Positions 1 through 40,303 of a stretch of DNA of 64,000 nucleotides are shown piece after piece (the first letter of the stretch is position 1; the number at the start of each line of letters is the position of its first letter). The position numbers and the translations under genes are program-made. Location: contig CAVNZM010000004.1 of assembly GCA_963693365.1 (NCBI GenBank), positions 11,250,468 through 11,314,467 of the forward strand, in the 5' to 3' direction. The notes under the pieces are model-generated. The model worked only from the letters and a program-made list of their open reading frames with translations, had not been told where the DNA came from and made no database searches. This DNA comes from Amoebidium appalachense. Taxonomy: Eukaryota; Protista; Ichthyosporea.

Positions 1-187
1 AGCATGTACACAAAATGACGTGTATGACACCGACCTTCTTTTTAACATTGAATTGTTCACGTGCATGCGCCGGCATGCGTACTGTAGCACGTACTGTAGT
101 AAAAATTTGCCCGCCGCGGCTTACGCTGTACCATTGGCTAGCTGATAGCCAATAAATGATGCGAAATGCTCTGATTGGATAATTTCC

Positions 188-360
188 TATATCGCATTTA
201 CGAAAATCACCTCCGGAGGTGATTTTCGTAAATACGATATAAAAGCGATCCCTATCGTATTTACAAAAAATAAAAGCCCGCGGCGTGTTTGGCATGCCAC
301 GGGATCGTATACGTATTTAGGCCCTAAATACGAATACGATAAAAAACCGTATTTAGCGCG
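188..360. repeat. Cluster of near-perfect palindromes built on a CGTATTTA-like motif
   Basis: 54-bp palindrome 188-241 (one mismatch), 37-bp palindrome 304-340 (one mismatch), extra copies of the motif near 254-265 and 348-356. Confidence 0.85.
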
Positions 361-501
361 CTACCAAACAGGCCCTAACTGTCTTCCTATTGGCTAGTAC
401 ATAATCCCGATCTATCCTGATGCGATTCCTGAAGCGCATATTATAGATATTTGCGCAAGAGGTGGGGGGAGAGGGGCCCACCTGGCCGAGTGGGGTGGTG
501 G

Positions 502-538
<37 letters not shown>

Positions 539-579
539 CCCCGAGTATCTTTTCCACCCACCAAAGATTGTATTCGTTA

Positions 580-697
<118 letters not shown>

Positions 698-763
698 ACC
701 CATTTTTTTGGAGCACTTGCCCCGTTTTGGCCACTGACGCATACCCACCTCCCCTCCCCCTCC

Positions 764-794
<31 letters not shown>

Positions 795-831
795 ACACAC
801 ATACATACACACTCGTACATGTACACACGCA

Positions 832-890
<59 letters not shown>

Positions 891-1644
891 CGCGCGCGAG
901 GAAGTACACGCACGCACGCACGCACACACACGCACACACACATTTTAACACACACACACACACACACACAGCATACACACACACACACACAGACACACAC
1001 ACAGACACAAACACACTTCCCACTTGTTGGTGCCCCCGGGGGGGGGGGGGGGGGGGGGGGATTATGACCGTATGGTATATAGCCTGAGACTCAGCAGGTG
1101 ATCAAGGAATCCTATTGGTTAGCCTCAATGTCACGTTTTGGCATTATTTGTAAACCGCTGCTGATTATAGCACTATCATGTGATCAAGATATCTGATATG
1201 ATAGTCGCATGATGGCAGCTGTGCCTATGGGGTGGATGGCGCCCCCCTCCCCTCCCCCCCCAGCTACTCATGTGGGTGATGTGGGTGATGAGTCCCTCCC
1301 TCGCTTCCCCTGCTAGTCCGAGGGGTGGGTGGGTCCCCCCCCCTCCCCTCCTAAAAAAAGTTGCTACTACATACCCCCCTCCACGTTTCAAAATCAAGAG
1401 TCCCTAATCTTGGGGTTTTTCGTACCTGGTTCAGTGCTTTGTGGTGGGCAGGCTTTCCCGTGGTTTGTTTTGTTTTGAACTACACCCAGGCACACAAAGC
1501 CAAGTATTTGGCACATTCAAGGGACCTACCACAAGCGACCACCCCCCGCAGAGCAGATTTTCACGTTGACTATCTACATGATTTTCAAGCAGTTCACGTA
1601 GCCCGGATGATTTTCACACAGTCCACCGCGTTGAATGTCTATAT

Positions 1645-1812
1645 GACGGTGACCGTCACAGGCTCCGTGACGTGCACGTTGAATATCTTATGGTCACTAA
1701 ACAGTGTTCAGGTATCTTAGCATGCATATAGACGGTGACCGTCACAGGCTCCGTGACGTGCACGTTGAATATCTCATGGTTTTTAAACAGTGTTCAGGTA
1801 TCTTAGCATGCA
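1645..1812. repeat. Tandem duplication, 86-bp period, two copies
   Basis: GACGGTGACCGTCACAGGCTCCGTGACGTGCACGTTGAATATCT...GTGTTCAGGTATCTTAGCATGCA starts at 1645 and at 1731 with few mismatches. Confidence 0.92.
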
Positions 1813-1926
1813 CTTGCTATCGCCAATGTATAACTCGTAAAACGAATCTCCTTGTAATGTTGAATATCATAATGCACACACGCACACACGCACACACGCA
1901 CACACGCACACACGCGCACACACACG

Positions 1927-1966
<40 letters not shown>

Positions 1967-3295
1967 GCCGGAGGGGGCATGTCTGCATCTACCTTGTGGA
2001 TCGGAAGGGAGAGAGGATGGGGGAATTAAGCAGGAGACTCTTGGAGAAGACTGCAACCGTGACACTGTGACGTGCTTTATTTGGGGGAGAAAGGGGGCTG
2101 GGGGGGGCACGGTGTGTGTGTGTGGGGGGGGGTGGGGGAAGGGGGGGGGGGGGGGTGGCAGGACAATCACGACACCTGGCTGGGGGGTGGGCTACACGAT
2201 TTTCCTGACCCAGGGGCTTAGGGGGAGTACGATTTTCCTGGACACGTGATCTTCCTGCAACACCCCCCCCCCCCCCCCCCCCCCCCCCCAACCAAACACA
2301 CACACAGCCACCACCACCACCACCACCACCCCGGACCAACCCCCCCCCCCCCCCATCCCCAACCCCCCTCTGTTCTGGCCCCCACCCGCACAAAACCGAC
2401 CGGCCAAAAACACACACACCGTATCATAGCAAAGGGTGCAACCCCGATGCCACGCATGCAGGCACTCATGCACTACACACACCACACACAGCCACACACA
2501 ACCCGACACCCGCAGCGAATCATTTAACCACTTGGCGGCTAGGTAAACTGCAGAAACAAGATCCATTCCGACATAAATAAAGTGAAAAACGGATTCAACA
2601 TGTATGGAAATTTGCTAGTTGGCAGCTTCCATAGTATTCAGAAGTTGAATTGTTTTTCTGCAGCTGCCACGTCTGTTTGTTGGCACAAACTGTAGTGCAG
2701 ATCTCTGATCCCGGGTCCGGTTCCCACGGCCCAGGGACTGCGATGCTGAATAAGAAGAAGCTCTATGAAAACTATAAAGCTTGAAAACTAATACCAATTA
2801 TCAAATTTTCCAAGATCAAAAACAAAACCTTGCCAATGCGAGGCTTAAATTAGCAACGTAACCTACTCGGATCCACTGGGTAATTAGCAGGAAACTGAGG
2901 AGCAATACGTTAATAAATTTACTACGATAATACCATGATGAGCGGTATAGACAAAAGTATCCGGCCACATGCAACCATCTATGGCCAATACCCCAATGAT
3001 AATGATCTGATAATTGCAACTTCAGGGCTCTTACTAGACTAGATATATACACTGCTCCCCCCCCCCCCCCCCCCCCCCCCCCTCCCCGCCCCTCCGGCGC
3101 CCCCCCACCTTCAACCTTTAATTTCAGGCACTACACGAAATAACTCACACACACCGGTCGATGGCAGACACACGTGACACACAACGTGCGGCATGTGCAC
3201 GCACACACATGCATGTAGTAGCGCGTTGCATTCGCCCCCACACCAAGATGCTCACACAAATACAATGATTCCTGCAGAGATACCATGGCCCAGGC

Positions 3296-3331
<36 letters not shown>

Positions 3332-3866
3332 ACTCCCCCCAGACATGTACAAACACACATACACAAGCAGACACGCGCACACATGCACGCCGTGACATCA
3401 CACGCGCGTGCGCGGGCTGGTGAACGCGCATACACACAAGCACACACACCCCGTCGCACACATGCACAAGGCCGTTATAGCGCAATCATATTCCGAAACT
3501 TGATCGGAAATAAAGGTAATAAGTGTTACAAGATCTAGAAGACCGAAGGTGAGGGGAGGCGTAGTAGGGGAGGGAGAAATCTCGGTAGGCGGGAGGGTCC
3601 CGGAGCTGCTGCTCTGCTGGAGGGATCCAGACTGGGAGAGGGGCCCGGGGATGTCAGGTAAAGAGGGGCCGGGAGAAGGGGGGAGGGGGGGGAAGGACAT
3701 GCATGTGTCCACCCGCACACAGCTAACTTGCAGGTGTTCGTTGCGGCCGATGACGTACTAACTCGGGCGGATTATTGTCGAGCAACCACTGATCGCTGTC
3801 TTTTGAAGATAGCGGTATAGGATCATACTAAGACCTGTGGCTCAAGGACAGCCCCCCCCCCTCCCC

Positions 3867-3906
<40 letters not shown>

Positions 3907-3969
3907 GGCCCTACCGCCCAGCCGCCAGTTCAATCCCTGCACGGGTTCCGCTCTTTATGGGTGTGTGTG

Positions 3970-21528
<17,559 letters not shown>

Positions 21529-22567
21529 CTTTAGGAAGTTCGCCAGTGTGTTGCTTTTCCTGTTGAGGTAAAACAGGAGAGTTAATTTTCTAAACATGAT
21601 GTTTTCAAAGATGTAACGGACTTTAAGGCAATGTAGATCAACCCGATTTTAACCGTGACAATACCTTGGGCAACCAGCTTCAAAAGGGAAGGACGCTTTC
21701 CATAATTTGGTGGAAAGACAACCTACTCTGCCGTTGACTGCACCAAAAGAGGCTACATCTATGTAGGAGTCATAGCAACAGTCATGGCACCTAGCCGTGT
21801 GACCGTTTACGGACTGAAGAGCAACTTACTCTGGTTACTGTGTTCCACCAACACAGCGCCAGTAACAACAGGAAAGACAACTAAAACTCAACGTAAAACC
21901 AGGTTTTGTAAACCATCACCATTGATAAGACACCTACCGAGCTTTGTGAGGAGCCTTCTGCTTTACACCTATAACCTCGACATCAGAGTCGCCACTGCCT
22001 CCTCCCTCCCCCATCTTCTTACCCCCTTGTCTTTCCAGCGCCGTATTGCTTGTCTGTCTCCCTGCTGCCTGATCATAATATAATGCAACCAGAGAGCAAT
22101 AGTGAGAAGCTTGATTGTGCTAATCAACACCTATCCCCTACCAACCTATAGGTGCTCATTGATCTCTGTTTACTTAATAGTAGTAACATACACTACTTTC
22201 CGTGTGTGGACATGGACCTATTCAAAAGAAAAGCCTTCGGAAACGAACGCGCCTCTGTGCCTGCTCTGACTGTCTGAGTGGCCGTTGCATTTTGGCGGAA
22301 CTTGAAGTTATTGCAACTGCGTAAAGCTTGCGCAAGCGCTTGAGAGGGTGAGTCAAAAACTTTATTGTAAAATGCAAAATAGCTTAAAATGGTTACAATA
22401 GTTAAACAAAATCAAAAGATTGGATCAACGTTTTTGCGTAATGCAACGACTGTTTATATCATACGCATGATTTAGTGATCAGGACACCTTGTTACGTAAC
22501 AGAGGCTGGATTGGCTGGCGCCCATCCGACCGTTACAACGGCATGCACTCACCTAACTTCGATGATC

Positions 22568-22601
<34 letters not shown>

Positions 22602-22746
22602 ACCTCCCGCCCCACCTCTCCCCCTTCTCCCTCACCTCCTCCAAACACACACGCCCCACCCCAACCCTCTCCTCACGCATATATGTGGCTCTGCCGCAGC
22701 TCGTCAATTCTCCGCATAACTGAGTAATCAAATCATCCCGGGCCAT

Positions 22747-22796
22747 CAAGGCCTCCTAAATAGCACACCATTGAGGATCTCATTTAGGAGGCCTTG
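22747..22796. repeat. Perfect 15-bp inverted repeat with 20-nt spacer
   Basis: CAAGGCCTCCTAAAT (22747-22761) and ATTTAGGAGGCCTTG (22782-22796). Confidence 0.85.
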
Positions 22797-23163
22797 CAGT
22801 GTTTGAAGTTGTTCAAGTTACTGTAAAAGAAACAATGAATAATCGGAACGGGATACGTGCACTTGAAGTATATATGGTTAGAATTTTGGCGGTTCATGGG
22901 GGAGGAGAAGGAAATATTTGGTAGGAAGAGCTCCGGGGGCCGAGTGGGCAGGCCTAGAAAGAAAGGCCGCCATCACCAACTTGGACCCCCCTCTCCCCCC
23001 GCGGCCGGCCCTCCCCCCCCCCCCCCCCCCCCCCAACAACAACAACAAAAAAAAAATCTCTCCTCACTTCTCTCTCTCTGCATCCCTGTTTTCATCGAAA
23101 TCCAATATTTGGAAACGGGGAGCGGAGGCCGTTGGAGGGAAGGGGGGGGGGAAAGGGCGGGGG

Positions 23164-23208
<45 letters not shown>

Positions 23209-23242
23209 GGACCACCGGTTAAAGCTTCTTCTTGCCAAAACC

Positions 23243-23279
<37 letters not shown>

Positions 23280-23488
23280 ACCACCACCACCACCACCACC
23301 ACCACCACCACCACCACTGCACCCGCCCCAGTCCCTCATACACACACACACACACAGTCCGTCACGGTGGCAGCACATGTATTTTCATTGATAAATCTGA
23401 ACTGATGATCCCCTAGCTCCTAGGATCCGATAGGCCTCAAGGTTTATGTGTGTGTTGGGTGGGTGGGGGAGGGGGGCGGGAAGATGAT

Positions 23489-23522
<34 letters not shown>

Positions 23523-23648
23523 GAGGGGGCAGGGCAGTTTCAAAGGCAGGCAGTGCTTCTGCAGGCCAAACAAAGGTGACCGTTGCGCGGGCATGCAGTA
23601 CAGTAACTGCAAGTGTCGTGTTTGCGTTGCGGATTGGACCGTGCTTGT

Positions 23649-23651
<3 letters not shown>

Positions 23652-23687
<36 letters not shown>

Positions 23688-23905
23688 TGTGTGTGTGTAT
23701 GTGTACGTGTGTACATGTGTCTGTGTGTGTGTGAATGTGTGTATGTGTGTGTGTATGTGTGTGTGTGTGTGTATACATGTGTGTGTGTGTGTGTGTGTAT
23801 GTGTGTGTGTGTGTGTGTACGTGTGTACATGTGTCTGTGTGTGTGTATGTGTGTATGTGTGTGTGTGTGTATGTATGCGTGTATGTGTGTGTGTGTGTGT
23901 GTGTA

Positions 23906-23940
<35 letters not shown>
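23652..23940. repeat. Compound (GT)n/(GTAT)n microsatellite with an internal duplicated unit
   Basis: GTGTACGTGTGTACATGTGTCTGTGTGTGTG occurs near 23701 and 23815 within GT repeats. Confidence 0.88.
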
Positions 23941-23956
23941 ATGCGGGGGGTTTTTT

Positions 23957-23992
<36 letters not shown>

Positions 23993-24262
23993 CTAGAACG
24001 GTGTATGCATCCGTGAGCATGGTCAGGGGTGCATGGGGGAGAGGGGGGTAAGTTTTGATTCGTGGTCATAATTTTTGGGAAGAGGAGGGGAAGAGGAGAA
24101 GGAGCTCGAGGCCTGGGGGGGGGGGGGGGGGGGGGGGGGGTAGGTATGCGCAGGGGGGCTGAGTGGCAGGTGCACATGCGAGCTGTGTGATGGAGGCGTG
24201 CGCCAGCCTGCCACTCGGTTTTGCAGGGGGAGGCCTCAGTGACAGTTGGGTGGCCAGTACCC

Positions 24263-24293
<31 letters not shown>

Positions 24294-24381
24294 AGGGGGG
24301 AGGGGAGAGGGGAATTGAGTGGGGTGTGTGTGTGTTTGTGTGCGCGCGTGTGTTTGTGTGTACTTGTGTGTGTGTGTGGGT

Positions 24382-24423
<42 letters not shown>

Positions 24424-24562
24424 GAGGACGAGATCATCGAGTGAGGCGATGGCTTCTTACTGTCCATACTTCTTACTATGTCCGGCGTGCTGGTTCCTTC
24501 CAGTTTTTGTGTGTATGTGTGAGCCACGGTGTGCTTGTGTGTGCCGGGGAGAGGGGTAGGAA

Positions 24563-24613
<51 letters not shown>

Positions 24614-25106
24614 GGGATTCGGGAAGTAGAAAAGAACGGAAATTCCCTGTTGTTGCCTTCCCCCCTCGAAGAATCCCTAAAGCTTAGCAGCCGGCCGCCG
24701 TGCTACATAGATTTTGCTTGGTATTTTTCAATGAGGAAGAGGGATATGCTTACCGAGTCTCTCGTCAGTGGTCAGTGGCTGTGAAAAAATCGAGCCGCAT
24801 TGAGAGATACAGCTGCGGAGCGGTTGCCGCAACGGGACCATTATCGACCATCATCATAATTTTACTAAGTTTTATCTGCCGCTAGCAAAATCAAGCAATC
24901 AGCACTCAAAGAGGAGACAGTAGGCCAGTATTCCATGGACTTTTATACCGAAGTATGTATTACGACATAACAAAGCACTATTTCTACTACACGGTGTCAT
25001 GGGGGTGACGTACGGATAACTAATTTTAATATTATGCCCCTGTGCCCGTGCCTCTCGAGAATTCGAAGTGATCTACACTCAAAAGACCTCCCCTTGTCTC
25101 TTATCG

Positions 25107-25140
<34 letters not shown>

Positions 25141-25253
25141 AGGTGAGTCTAAGGTTATTCTGTACCTCGTGGCCACCACCCTGCCACATCTCCGGATCCA
25201 TCCTCCACACCTACACTAATCAGAATATCTAAACCTTTCTCACAGGCTCTACG

Positions 25254-35701
<10,448 letters not shown>

Positions 35702-36424
35702 GTTGCTGTTTTTAGCTTTTACCAATCACAATCCTTCCACTGTGCGGCCCTCTGAAGGTATAAAGCAAAAACAATTAACAGGGGTCTTGTGGACCCTCTA
35801 CTGAAGCATCCACAGCTTGGTATGTAAACATAAGTATATATATTAAACTGGAAAATACTTCAAAAAATAATATTCCCACACTGAGCGGGTCTCGGTGACT
35901 CCGGTCAACTGTGAACTAGGTCAACCCTAGGAAAGTTCAAGGGTAAGGGCTAGGGGCCTAGGGGCCTACAGCCTTGTAGGGCTGGTGATAACGCAACCGG
36001 GGAAGCCTTCGCGCCAAAACTTGAGGCGGTTCGAGTCAACCATTTTGTCTTTTTAATGGCTCGAACCGCAAGACCGAGCAAACCGCACATTCCCACATTC
36101 CTTGGATAAAAGCACTTTTTGTAGAAGTGACTTTTTAGCAAAACAGTGCCTTTGCACACTCCTTCTAGAGGTGCCACTTTAGACACAGCTTAGCAAACTT
36201 AACAGTGCTAGCCGCTACTGGATATATGAGTAGCCTTGCCCGACTGTGAGGTGTGGTAATGGTCAAAGTGTGGTTGTAATATTAGTTTTGGTAGCTCCTT
36301 TCTCACACATACAGTGCATAGCAAGTGCTATGCCACGTCCTCATTATGATAGCACTTCCTTAAGCGACGAAGAATAAATAGCCAAAAAATCATTATTCAT
36401 ACTCAGTAAAATAGACAAGCTAAA
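35702..36424. promoter_or_regulatory. Putative bidirectional promoter between RAP1-like and DUF1647-like genes
   Basis: Divergent start codons ~720 bp apart, in a region free of the homopolymer and microsatellite tracts typical of introns here. Confidence 0.55.
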
Positions 36425-37414
36425 ATGGCGGGAGTAGCGCTCACAATTCGCATGAGAGTTTGGCGAAGGAGTGAACATGGCCGCACCCAACCGTTTTGTT
36501 GCATTCTTGCTCTTTTCTTCCTGCTTTTTCTGTTTGCCTGGTTTTACCGAGAATCAGCTTTTCTGAAGCCTTTGTTTATACTTTTCACAGCTACCGTCCA
36601 TGCTTCAGAGCTTCATAGGCACCAGAGTATGGTTATAGCAACAGGTGCTAGTTCATCGTACTTCAGCGCACTGAAAAACCTGGTCGGTTCTCTTCATTAC
36701 TGGCAACCTCGCACGAAAATCGTCATATATGATTTGGGTTTTCGACACTCCGAAATAGCCGAGATCAAGCAGTGGTGCAACGTAGAGCTGAGATGGGAGA
36801 GCAACAGACTCCTTCATCTTCTTGGGCACCAGCGGGAGCTTAAGCAATATTGCTGGAAGCCACCAGCCATCCTTGAAACTGTGAACGACTATGGAAACGC
36901 ACTTTGGATTGATGCCGGTTCGGACTTACGTGGTCCTCTGCTCCCTATTGAAACACACCTGTTTCGTGATGGACACTTTTTGGTGCAAGGGCAAGATCTC
37001 GACATGACGAAAAAGTCCTTCTATGCAACCTATTTTACTCTTGGTGTGCGCCAGAAGGACTTCGTTGGCAAGGAGCACTTTTCCGGGAACCTTCAAGGAT
37101 TCGTCAAAGGAAGTGAAGCATACAGGAAAATTCTGAAGCCGATGGTCACTTGTTCTGAAAACAAGCAGTGTATGGCACCCATGGGCTCAAATTTAAACAA
37201 TCATCGCTATGACCAGACAGTTCTCTCTATCTTGGCATACACTGCAAGCATGACAATAACTCCGCACACAGAGGTTCTTGCTGCTGACTACGATGGACTA
37301 GATGATGACCACACACTACCCAGCGAGAAAATAGTGTTTACCGCACGGGGGGGCACTGACGTCTATCACTCCTTTCTACGCACGAGAACAGCTGGGCAGT
37401 GCCATAAAGGGTGA
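36425..37414 (+). CDS. Intronless DUF1647-like protein (putative glycosyltransferase-like type II membrane protein), 329 aa
   Basis: Uninterrupted high-complexity ORF with good start context (AAAATGG), an N-terminal hydrophobic anchor (ILALFFLLFLFAWFY), and motifs ASSSYF..LVGSLH, IVIYDLG, YCWKP, LWIDAG and NHRYDQTVLSIL recalled from DUF1647 proteins. Confidence 0.8.
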   Translation: MAGVALTIRMRVWRRSEHGRTQPFCCILALFFLLFLFAWFYRESAFLKPLFILFTATVHASELHRHQSMVIATGASSSYFSALKNLVGSLHYWQPRTKIVIYDLGFRHSEIAEIKQWCNVELRWESNRLLHLLGHQRELKQYCWKPPAILETVNDYGNALWIDAGSDLRGPLLPIETHLFRDGHFLVQGQDLDMTKKSFYATYFTLGVRQKDFVGKEHFSGNLQGFVKGSEAYRKILKPMVTCSENKQCMAPMGSNLNNHRYDQTVLSILAYTASMTITPHTEVLAADYDGLDDDHTLPSEKIVFTARGGTDVYHSFLRTRTAGQCHKG

Positions 37415-38026
37415 AGGTCCTGCAACACGTGCTGTGTTGGTCAGGCTGGCTGTGGACACCGAAATAGGCGAATTTATTCGGAGTGGGAATATTTAGAACT
37501 TCGGATGCAGCCTATGGAACGTGTGAGTTTACTACCCAGCCTTACATAGATACACTCTCTAAGCCTAACATACTACACCTCTTTCATTTAAATGACATAG
37601 ATATATACGTATGGAAATGCACGAAGGTAATGGTTTACGATTCTAGAAGTACCGGCTCTGGGCTGTGTTGTTATTGTACATATGTTTAGTTGGGAGTTAC
37701 GAAACCTGAGACCTCACTGAACCGACAAAGGGTGTGTGTCACGGTGGGCAGGCCACTCTGCACTCTCAAAGTGTTGAACCGTGTTAAGTTTACTAATAAA
37801 ATGGCTTATGTGTGGGCTCGGCAGAGGCGGGGTTTACATGTAGTGAAGTTAGATCAAGGATAGCCATATAGGCGCATAACTAGAGAGTGGCTTGGTGGCA
37901 AGCGCACAAATACGCCCCAAACTCATCAATATACAAGCACATACGCTTTTTTACACAAGCACTTAACAAATGTGCAGATGCACATGCACGGACGCTCACA
38001 TTCGCCCACATGTACACATAACTAAG

Positions 38027-38103
<77 letters not shown>

Positions 38104-38209
38104 GCACGCACTCTCACGCACGGACACGCAAAAACCAAGCATGCACGCACCCACGCGCGCACACAACCACACGCGCGCACACAGCATCGCACCGCACGGG
38201 CACACAGTT

Positions 38210-38249
<40 letters not shown>

Positions 38250-38250
<1 letters not shown>

Positions 38251-38813
38251 GGGGGCGGGTTGGTGCAATGGTAAGATCTCTGCGTGTCAAGTTCAAAGTC
38301 GCAGGATAGATGGCCGTGGTGTTTCTAGATGGCCGTGGTTCTGCCTACCAGTCTGGCCGCCCCCTAGAAGCCATCACCCCAGACCACGTCAAGCAGCACC
38401 ACCAATTTGTTATCATCCGGCCGCAAGACATGACGTCATGAACAACACCGGCCGCTTGGGCATCCCGGCCCAACGTTCAAGTGGGAGACCAATCCGAGTC
38501 ACCGGCCACGGTTCGGGTCAGCGTTTTGGGCATGGGGTCTTCCCTTTCAAGTCTGTGTATGTGTCCCGGGTCGCTCCCGGCTGGTGGTGTTGTGAGCTGT
38601 GCTCACTTCCCCACTAGCGTTGCTGCGGCTAGAACCGTGGGATAAGGCGTAACTAAAAATAGTGCCAGTTGGGGTCAATTAGAATGCCATTAGAATCCTG
38701 ACTTATGAGTGTGCTATACACCACAGTACGATCTGTGTCTAGGCGGAAGACGGTAAGCTCCCCTGAGGCAGTGCCTCGCCGGGAGTGAAACGGGATAACC
38801 TAAAAAATAAAAA
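38250..38813 (+). mobile_element. Longer, diverged copy of the same retroposon family; tRNA-like head suggests a SINE
   Basis: 3' end AGTACGATCTGTGTCTAGGCGGAAGACGGTAAGCTCCCCTGAGG..CCTC..CGGGA..AAACGGGAT..AAAAAATAAAAA aligns with the 40190-40301 tail. The 5' end has an A-box-like TGGTGCAATGG and a weak B-box. The element lies between two (CA)n tracts. Confidence 0.55.
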
Positions 38814-40088
38814 CACACACACACACACACACACAGTGCCACACACATTGTGACGTGCTCATCCTGTTACACGAACATGCAGACACACACTTGTGTGGCA
38901 TATATGTTAAAGGCAATACGAATATGAACCGTGCCACTGGCAAAGCAATGCAAAGGCACCCACCCACACTGGGCACAACAGGTGGTGGCTTGAACCATAT
39001 GCGCACCTGCACACATTTTCTCTGCCTCTTTTTCTCATCCAGATCCTGCCACAACCGGATCCTCCGCCAGCTTCCCTGCCGGGTCCCAACCCAGAAATTG
39101 CGCGCACCGTGTCACTTACGTACCCATGCATATTCACCGAGCATCATGAATCTGCACGTACACACATGCCTATGTGCAGTGCCACACACAAAGACTCGGT
39201 ATACATTTCATACAGCACACGTGTGTGTGCAAGAAATTACGGACGCGCTAACAAAATCGCCGATCGCACGGTACCATCAAGCTTTCACATGCGCACAACG
39301 CCAAACACACTTTGACCAAGTGTGGATACTAATAGCACTCGTTTAGGTACTCAGTCTGTCAAGTGCAACACGCCACACACACACACGATGATACACACAC
39401 ACACACACACACACATACACCCCAGATCTAGATACAGTATACACACACCAGACACACGTCACACACGCACGTACGCACGCACACACATCCACACACTTAC
39501 ACACACTGCACAGGGGGGGAGGGGGGAGGGGGGAGGGGGGGAGGGGGGGGGGAGGGAGGGGGAGAGGGGGGCCAAAGCACGACGGCACATGTTGCAATTG
39601 CCTCATTTTTATCCAACAACTGTGGTGAACCTAGGCATGTAACGCCCTCGGTATATCATGTCCGACGTGCCAATAGCACCTGCGGTATTCCATCTCACGC
39701 TCGCATTCAATAAGCAAATAAGCATTACTGGCACTCCCACCGTAGGTGGGTCTCCTCTCCTCTTCCCTCTACCCTTCCTCCTCTCTCCCCTTCTTCCCCG
39801 GACAAACTTGAACTTCTAGCCACACTTTTACTGTACACGTACTACTAGTATACAGTTGAGATCTAGTAAGTACAAGGCGGAATCGTTTGCATGCCCAAAC
39901 AACACACACACACGCACCAGTTTAAAAGTTCCGATGATCATGATTACTGGCAACTGAAGATCATTGACCAAATAATGCCGCAACACACACGTAACACATT
40001 CACAGCAGACATTTAAACACATAGCTTGCCTGAAAATTACATTGACGATCTTTGATTTTAAACTAGACGTACGTGACTATGATCTGTT

Positions 40089-40263
40089 CGGCGTGGCTGG
40101 GGTTGATACCCTGGGTAAAGTGTGTACATATAGTTAGGACTGTTATTGGTGTGTTAGATTAGCTAATAGCATCGTAGCACCCTAGCTAGAGTACTGTCGG
40201 TGCTGGGTGGAAGATGGTAGTTCCCCCTGAGGGCCCCTAGGGGTACCTCCGGGAACAAAATGG

Positions 40264-40302
<39 letters not shown>
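40089..40302 (+). mobile_element. 5'-truncated non-LTR retroposon (SINE or LINE tail) insertion with poly(A) and 14-bp target-site duplication
   Basis: GACTATGATCTGTT at 40075-40088 and again at 40303-40316; A33 tail at 40269-40301; 3' hairpin GTTCCCCCTGAGG..CCTCCGGGAAC; 3' part similar to 38725-38813. Confidence 0.85.

Positions 40303-40303
<1 letters not shown>

Noticed and set aside
1645-1812. CRISPR-like array
   Set aside because: Only two full-length tandem units, no unique spacers, eukaryotic context and no cas genes.
21784-22083. 99-aa ORF divergent from BRPF
   Set aside because: No recognisable motifs or splice structure; likely promoter/UTR sequence.
22857-22990. AT-hook-like GRPRKK ORF
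   Set aside because: Short, runs into homopolymers, and has no supporting exon structure; probably chance.
38250-38325. Functional tRNA gene
   Set aside because: No intact acceptor or T stem and no canonical B-box; treated as a tRNA-like SINE head.
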